Assembly: GCA_041659405.1 (NCBI GenBank)
Contig: JBAZYK010000006.1
Span: 70,036 to 102,035 of the forward strand
Source of the DNA: Candidatus Altimarinota bacterium
GTDB lineage: Bacteria > Patescibacteriota > Gracilibacteria > UBA1369
Reading direction: 5' to 3'
DNA length: 32,000 bases
The translations under genes were made by a program, and so were the position numbers. Numbering within the stretch: the first letter of the stretch is position 1; each line of letters starts with the position of its first letter. Shown one piece after another: positions 26,917-32,000 of this stretch. The notes below the pieces were generated by a model. It was given only the letters and a program-made list of their open reading frames with translations. It was not told the origin of the DNA and did not search any database.

Positions 26917-28068
26917 CTAAGCTTCCTTTGGCACATAAAGCCCCCCGGCCGAACGACGAACGCGAAGGTCCCTATCCTGATACCCAGAACGGGAGCTACG
27001 CAAGCCGACCTTGACCTCATAAGTATCCCCGACGGGAACAAGCGGACTTTCTCCTCTTTCGCCCATATCAAGAAGACTAACACCGACTAAATCAATAGGG
27101 TTGCCTTCTTCTTTCATTGCTGTCGCCAAAACGGCATAAGCAGAAGGAGACGGATGTTGCATTTTATCCGCGACTAATTCCTTTCGTGAAAAATCATAAT
27201 TTTTCCCATTATTGTAATGGTCGCTGGCAGGATTGTCGCAATCTACCGGTAAATATGAAAGTTCACTATCCGCAGCACCTTCTACGATCCTGATATCAAA
27301 CTTACGGGATTTCTTTTCCACTCCAGCTTCTGGGGTCTTCCCTCCAAAGAAAATAGGTTTTTCAGGGTCAGGACAAAAGAAATCATTTTCTTTTCTTTCA
27401 GAAAGGGCTTTAATTTCTTCGGGGGTTAATTCAGGAGCGACAACCAGTTTAGGCGATTTTAAAGTTCGTAATTTATCAAGATCGATTTCTCCTTTTTCAT
27501 GCAATTCAGCCAAAAAAACTAGAGATTGCAGATGAGTTGGAACACCTTCCGCAAGCTTCCTGGCTTTTAATACACCAAGATTTTTACCGTAATCCGCAAA
27601 AAATCCAAATTTATTTAGAAACTTACGATTCTTCGGTGTTAATCTTGTTAATGCTGTTTTAGCAAGAACAGCAGCAACTTTTTCATGTTGTCCTTTTGCA
27701 ACCTCCGCTACAATCTCATCACCATAACCTTTTACCTCATAACTACCTTCTAACATTTCCTTTACCTCCTGTAATGCCGCAATAAAATCTTCTACTGTCT
27801 TGGCTTCCATTTCCGCTTCATTTTCAGACGTTATAAATCCTTCAGTCTTTAAATAAAAATAAAAAGTCCCATCAGAAGTATTAACCGACCCATGATCAAA
27901 AAAATCTTTTACCGACATTATCTTTAATTCCGGCTTACTGGCAATATGATCTCTCAATAAGTTAATACCTTTACTCAATTTCACTTTCATTTGGTACTGA
28001 ACCGTTTCCGTTTTGATAGCTTGACGTTCATGCCCTCGAACCTCAGCTTGTTCTGATTCTAAACTCAT
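26917..28068 (-). CDS. Hypothetical protein (383 aa)
   Basis: Long open frame MSLESEQAEVRGHERQAIKTETVQYQMKVKLSKGINLLRDHI...; no recognised family. Confidence 0.75.
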   Translation of the reverse strand: MSLESEQAEVRGHERQAIKTETVQYQMKVKLSKGINLLRDHIASKPELKIMSVKDFFDHGSVNTSDGTFYFYLKTEGFITSENEAEMEAKTVEDFIAALQEVKEMLEGSYEVKGYGDEIVAEVAKGQHEKVAAVLAKTALTRLTPKNRKFLNKFGFFADYGKNLGVLKARKLAEGVPTHLQSLVFLAELHEKGEIDLDKLRTLKSPKLVVAPELTPEEIKALSERKENDFFCPDPEKPIFFGGKTPEAGVEKKSRKFDIRIVEGAADSELSYLPVDCDNPASDHYNNGKNYDFSRKELVADKMQHPSPSAYAVLATAMKEEGNPIDLVGVSLLDMGERGESPLVPVGDTYEVKVGLRSSRSGYQDRDLRVRRSAGGLYVPKEA

Positions 28069-28163
28069 AATTTTTAAATTATTTAATAAATTTGCACCAC
28101 ATTAAAGGCACACAATATACAACGTAATTTGCGTGTTTGTCAATTTTAGCAAACACCTGCTTA

Positions 28164-28339
28164 CCCGTTTATCAAAGTTTCCGGAGGGAATGGCTTCTTG
28201 GCGACATTGCGAGCGCAGCCGGTCGAGCATCATGATGCGAGACCTTCGCGGAGGCGTACATGTAGCCGCAGCGAACTGGCGAAGCGTTCGCCAAGAAGCC
28301 ATTCCCTCCGAAAACTCCCCTGAAAAAGCGATAAACAGG
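28164..28339. repeat. Large nested palindromic element
   Basis: Perfect 23-bp arms CGGAGGGAATGGCTTCTTGGCGA (28182-28204) / TCGCCAAGAAGCCATTCCCTCCG (28288-28310); outer 7-bp GTTTATC/GATAAAC (28167-28173/28330-28336); inner hairpin GGTC-GA-GCATCATGATGC-GA-GACC (28221-28244). Confidence 0.92.
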
Positions 28340-28403
28340 CACGCGTTCCCCATTGAAGAAAAAGCCAAAAAATGCTATAATTAGACAAAATAAAAACCAA
28401 CCA

Positions 28404-29447
28404 ATGGACTTCTTAAAAGAAATCAAATCAAAAGCCAAAACTCTTCAAAAAAGGATCGTTTTCCCGGAAAGTTTTGATGACCGCACGCTGCAAGCGCTTG
28501 AGGTTATTTTGAATGAGCAAACCGCTCAGCCAATTTTGCTTGGAAAAACCCAAGAAATTCAAGCTCAAGCTGCTAAACTCGGCCTTAAAATCGACTGGAA
28601 TAAAGTTAAAATTATTGACCCTAAAGATCCAACTTACCTCCAAAAATACACTGACGAGCTTTATAATCTGCGCAAAGATAAAGGTCTGACCAAAGACCAG
28701 GCCGCCAAACTTCTTGAAAATCACGACTATTTTGGCGTGATGGCTGTTCACATGGATGATGCCGAGGGCATGATCTCGGGCGCCGTTGGCACAACTGCCG
28801 AAACGGTTCTTCCCGCGCTTCAGATCATCAAAACTAAAGAAAAATTCCATAAAGTTTCCGGAATTTTCTTTATGGTGCTGGAAAAACGTCTGCTGCTTTT
28901 TGCTGATTGTGCCGTGAATATTGAGCCGGATTCGCATGAACTCGCCGATATTGCCATTGATACTGCCGAAACCGCTCTTCGTTTTGGGCTTGTGCCAAAA
29001 ATTGCCATGCTCTCTTTTTCGACTAACGGATCAGCAAAACACCCACTCGCTAACAAAGTGCGTGAAGCCACCCAAATGGTTAAATTTCGCCGCCCCGACC
29101 TTATAATTGATGGAGAAATGCAAGTTGATGCCGCACTTGTCCCAAATATTTGCGCTACAAAATTTCCCGGAAGCGCTTTACATGGCGACGCCAATATTCT
29201 TATTTTCCCTGATCTGCAAGCCGGAAATATAGCTTACAAATTGGTAGAAAGATTGGCCGGCGCAAAAGCCATTGGCCCAATTTTACAGGGTTTGCAAAAA
29301 CCAATTAACGACCTTTCCCGTGGCTGTTCTTTTCATGATATTGCCGATCTGGCCGCCTTTACTTCGTGTGAATCACAAGAAATTCATTACGAACTAAAAG
29401 CCGAAGCCATGCACGAAATTGTTCGCTCACATAAAGACACAAAATGA
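28404..29447 (+). CDS. pta: Phosphate acetyltransferase
   Basis: KRIVFPESFDDRTLQALEVI, GMISGAVGTTAETVLPALQII, MLSFSTNGSAKHPLANKVREA, DLIIDGEMQVDAALVP, ANILIFPDLQAGNIAYKLVERLAGAKAIGPILQGL. ATG 28404 is preferred; a TTG at 28353 is in frame. Confidence 0.94.
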   Translation: MDFLKEIKSKAKTLQKRIVFPESFDDRTLQALEVILNEQTAQPILLGKTQEIQAQAAKLGLKIDWNKVKIIDPKDPTYLQKYTDELYNLRKDKGLTKDQAAKLLENHDYFGVMAVHMDDAEGMISGAVGTTAETVLPALQIIKTKEKFHKVSGIFFMVLEKRLLLFADCAVNIEPDSHELADIAIDTAETALRFGLVPKIAMLSFSTNGSAKHPLANKVREATQMVKFRRPDLIIDGEMQVDAALVPNICATKFPGSALHGDANILIFPDLQAGNIAYKLVERLAGAKAIGPILQGLQKPINDLSRGCSFHDIADLAAFTSCESQEIHYELKAEAMHEIVRSHKDTK

Positions 29448-30598
29448 AAATCCTTGTAATAAATTCAGGATCCTCTTCCCTAAAATTCCAGCTGATGGAA
29501 TCGAGTTGCTGGCAGTGCCTTTATAAAGGCATGGTTGACGCAATTGGACTTTCCAACTGCACATTCAATCAACAGATCAAAACTCCTCAAATTAAAAATC
29601 ACCATCAGGCGCTTAAATTCAGCCTGGAAATGTTAGTCACAAAAAAAGTTCTCAAAAGTCTAAACGAAATTAAAGCTGTAGGCCATCGTGTTGTGCATGG
29701 CGGCGAAAAATATCGCCAGGCAACACTGATTACACCCAAAGTTCAAAAAGTAATTAAAGATTTATGCGAACTTGCGCCGCTTCATAATCCGCCAAATCTT
29801 GCCGGAATTAAGTCCTGCCAAAAATTGCTGGCCGGCATTCCACAAGTCGCGGTTTTTGATACGGCTTTTCATCAAACCATGCCGGAAAAAGCTTATCTTT
29901 ACGCGCTTCCTTTGGACTATTATAAAAAATTGGGAATTCGCCGCTACGGTTTCCATGGCACAAGTCACGAGTATGTAAGCCAGGAAACCATTAAACTGTT
30001 ACAAAAGAAATCCAGCAAAATCGTTATCTGTCATTTGGGAAATGGATCCAGCATCACAGCGGTTATAAATGGCAAATCTGTAGATACAAGCATGGGTTTA
30101 ACTCCGCTGGAAGGCGTTCCCATGGGTACCCGCAGCGGCGATCTTGATCCGGCAATTGTGCTTCATTTGCTTGAACAACATAACATTAAGCCGGAAGAAG
30201 TTTCCACAATCCTCAACAAAAAATCCGGATTATTAGGATTAACCGGCATCAGCAGCGATGTTCGAACTCTTTATGCCAAAGCCACAAATCCCAAAGTAAA
30301 ACGAGCTTTTCAGATTTTGACTTACCGCATTGCCAAATATATTGGCAGTTATGCCGCAGCCATGAACGGCCTTGACGCCATCACTTTCACCGGCGGAATC
30401 GGCGAAAATGCCTGGTATCTCCGCCAAGACATTTGTGATTATTTTAAATTTTTAGGACTAGAACTCGACCCGAAAAAAAACAAAAAAAACGCACAAGAAA
30501 TTAGCACAAACAAAAGCAAAATCCGCGTTTACGTTATCCCAACAAACGAAGAAAAACAAATCGCGATCGAAACAATGACAATCATCTCAAAAATTTAA
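29444..30598 (+). CDS. ackA: Acetate kinase
   Basis: 384 aa: MKILVINSGSSSLKFQLM, GHRVVHGGEKY, RRYGFHGTSHEYVS, ICHLGNGSSITAVINGKSVDTSMGLTPLEGVPMGTRSGDLDPAI. Overlaps pta stop (ATGA). Confidence 0.98.
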   Translation: MKILVINSGSSSLKFQLMESSCWQCLYKGMVDAIGLSNCTFNQQIKTPQIKNHHQALKFSLEMLVTKKVLKSLNEIKAVGHRVVHGGEKYRQATLITPKVQKVIKDLCELAPLHNPPNLAGIKSCQKLLAGIPQVAVFDTAFHQTMPEKAYLYALPLDYYKKLGIRRYGFHGTSHEYVSQETIKLLQKKSSKIVICHLGNGSSITAVINGKSVDTSMGLTPLEGVPMGTRSGDLDPAIVLHLLEQHNIKPEEVSTILNKKSGLLGLTGISSDVRTLYAKATNPKVKRAFQILTYRIAKYIGSYAAAMNGLDAITFTGGIGENAWYLRQDICDYFKFLGLELDPKKNKKNAQEISTNKSKIRVYVIPTNEEKQIAIETMTIISKI

Positions 30599-30614
30599 TT
30601 TTTAATCAAAAAAC

Positions 30615-32000
30615 ATGTACTACTTAAAACCAAAAAAAATCGCCATCCGCGTAGGCAACAAATACGTCGCCCTGCTCAACAAAGAAACGGCGCATAAGCT
30701 GGATCTTCATCCTTCAGATCGTATTTTCCTTAAAAATGGCAAAAATGAAGTAACAGCCATTTTGGATATCATGGAAAATCAGGAATTAAAAGAAGGCCAA
30801 ATCGGTCTTTACGCAGAAACTTGGGAAAAATTAAAAATCACCAAAGGTGATCGCCGCATTTCTGCTGCCATTGCAGACAGACCAAAATCGGTTATTTACA
30901 TTCGCTCCAAACTTGATGGCAAAGAATTAACAGCTGAAGAAATGGATACAATCGTAAAAGATATCGTTGCCGAAAGACTTTCGGATGTGGAAATGACTTA
31001 TTTTGTTTCCGGTTGTTTTACAAGAGGAATGTCCGACGCCGAAACCGTTGCGCTCACCAAATCAATTGTGGCAAACGGTGGAAGGCTTCAATTTAAAGAT
31101 AAAATCGTCGTTGATAAACATTGTATTGGTGGAGTTCCGGGAAACCGCTCAACCATGCTCGCCGTGCCAATTATGACTTCACTTGGCCTGCGTATGCCAA
31201 AAACATCTTCACGCGCCATTACCAGCCCAGCCGGAACCGCCGATACCATGGAGGTATTTTGCAAAGTTACAAACAGCGCTGAAAAACTTATGAAAATCGC
31301 CATGAAAGTTGGTGGATTTATTACTTGGGGTGGAGGTGTTGATATTGCCGCAGCCGATGACAAACTGATTAAGGTCAGAAATCCAATGAGTCTTGATCCA
31401 CAAGGTATGTTGCTGGCTTCAATTTTGGCTAAAAAACATTCGGTTTCCGCAACACACGTTTTGATTGATATTCCTTATGGCCCGGACGTTAAGGTCAAAA
31501 ATGCCAAGGATGCGCAACCACTAAAAGAAAAATTCGAAAAAATCGGTGCAATGCTGGGTATGAAAGTCAAAGTTGTTCTTTCTGATGGAAGCCAACCTAT
31601 TGGCAACGGTGTTGGTCCAGTTTTAGAAGCACTGGATATTTTGAAAGTGCTAAAAATGGAACCGGATGCTCCACAAGATTTGGTTACCAAAACTATTTGG
31701 TTATGTGGAGTAATGCTGGAAATGACCGGCAAAGCCAAAGAAGGAAAAGGCGCAGAAATGGCCCGCGAAGCGCTTGTTTCCGGCAAAGCTTACAAGAAAA
31801 TGCAGGAAATTATTATCGCCCAGGGCAAAAATCACACTCCTCTCAAAGTTGGCAAACTGACTCATGACGTTGTAGCCACAAAATCCGGAAAAATCACCGC
31901 AATCAATAATAAACTTATTTCCCGTTATGCCCGTCTTGCCGGAGCTCCAATCAATGTGGGAGCCGGCCTTTTCATCCACAAAAAAATCAGTGACACGGTT
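30615..32000 (+). CDS. AMP phosphorylase / thymidine phosphorylase family, 3' end cut by window edge
   Basis: N-terminal extra domain (MYYLKPKKIAIRVGNKYVALLNKETAHKLDLHPSDRIFLKNG), then EEMDTIVKDIV, VDKHCIGGVPGNRSTMLAVPIMTSLGLRMPKTSSRAITSPAGTADTMEVFCKV and GGFITWGGGVDIAAADDKLI, the archaeal/CPR AMP phosphorylase pattern. Confidence 0.88.
   Translation, partial: MYYLKPKKIAIRVGNKYVALLNKETAHKLDLHPSDRIFLKNGKNEVTAILDIMENQELKEGQIGLYAETWEKLKITKGDRRISAAIADRPKSVIYIRSKLDGKELTAEEMDTIVKDIVAERLSDVEMTYFVSGCFTRGMSDAETVALTKSIVANGGRLQFKDKIVVDKHCIGGVPGNRSTMLAVPIMTSLGLRMPKTSSRAITSPAGTADTMEVFCKVTNSAEKLMKIAMKVGGFITWGGGVDIAAADDKLIKVRNPMSLDPQGMLLASILAKKHSVSATHVLIDIPYGPDVKVKNAKDAQPLKEKFEKIGAMLGMKVKVVLSDGSQPIGNGVGPVLEALDILKVLKMEPDAPQDLVTKTIWLCGVMLEMTGKAKEGKGAEMAREALVSGKAYKKMQEIIIAQGKNHTPLKVGKLTHDVVATKSGKITAINNKLISRYARLAGAPINVGAGLFIHKKISDTV

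Noticed and set aside
28133-28438. Track ORFs (e.g. MASWRHCERSRSSIMMRDLRGG...) over the palindromic element
   Set aside because: They are translations of the nested inverted repeat; HCERS-like peptides are typical false ORFs from repeats.
1-32000. tRNA genes
   Set aside because: Scanning by eye for T-loop motifs such as GGTTCRAATCC on both strands gave no convincing cloverleaf. tRNAscan-SE would be decisive.

Overview
Gene-dense window with standard stop codons, probably from a Candidate Phyla Radiation (Patescibacteria, Peregrinibacteria-like) genome. That assignment is an inference from gene content and protein style, not from a marker tree. Contents: a type IV pilus block (prepilin, PilC, PilO-like, PilN-like), RNHCP protein, tilS, ftsH, hsp20, galU, TPR protein, a RelE/ParE-type toxin-antitoxin pair, RNase P RNA, a polyprenyl glycosylphosphotransferase, a long CarD-like regulator, secA, galE, ftsK, gltX, a small lipoprotein, a PHP-domain protein, pta-ackA and an AMP/thymidine phosphorylase running off the right edge. 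No CRISPR array, cas genes, complete transposon or prophage was seen. The most interesting signals are non-coding. (1) A dispersed family of about 75-85 nt hairpin repeats (6615-6694, 7247-7328, about 7322-7389, 26151-26222). They share TGAACACA...TGTGT, and three share the loop TCCGGGGTAGGGGCCCTG. Their stems differ but still pair, the +strand units share a tandem G.A/A.G mismatch, and each ends or abuts within about 20 nt of a start codon. (2) A duplicated ~95 bp module upstream of two uncharacterised minus-strand genes. It carries the -35 box TTGACT with a -10 box 17 bp away in both copies. (3) A ~175 bp nested palindrome upstream of pta. (4) A 19-bp perfect hairpin just upstream of rnpB.
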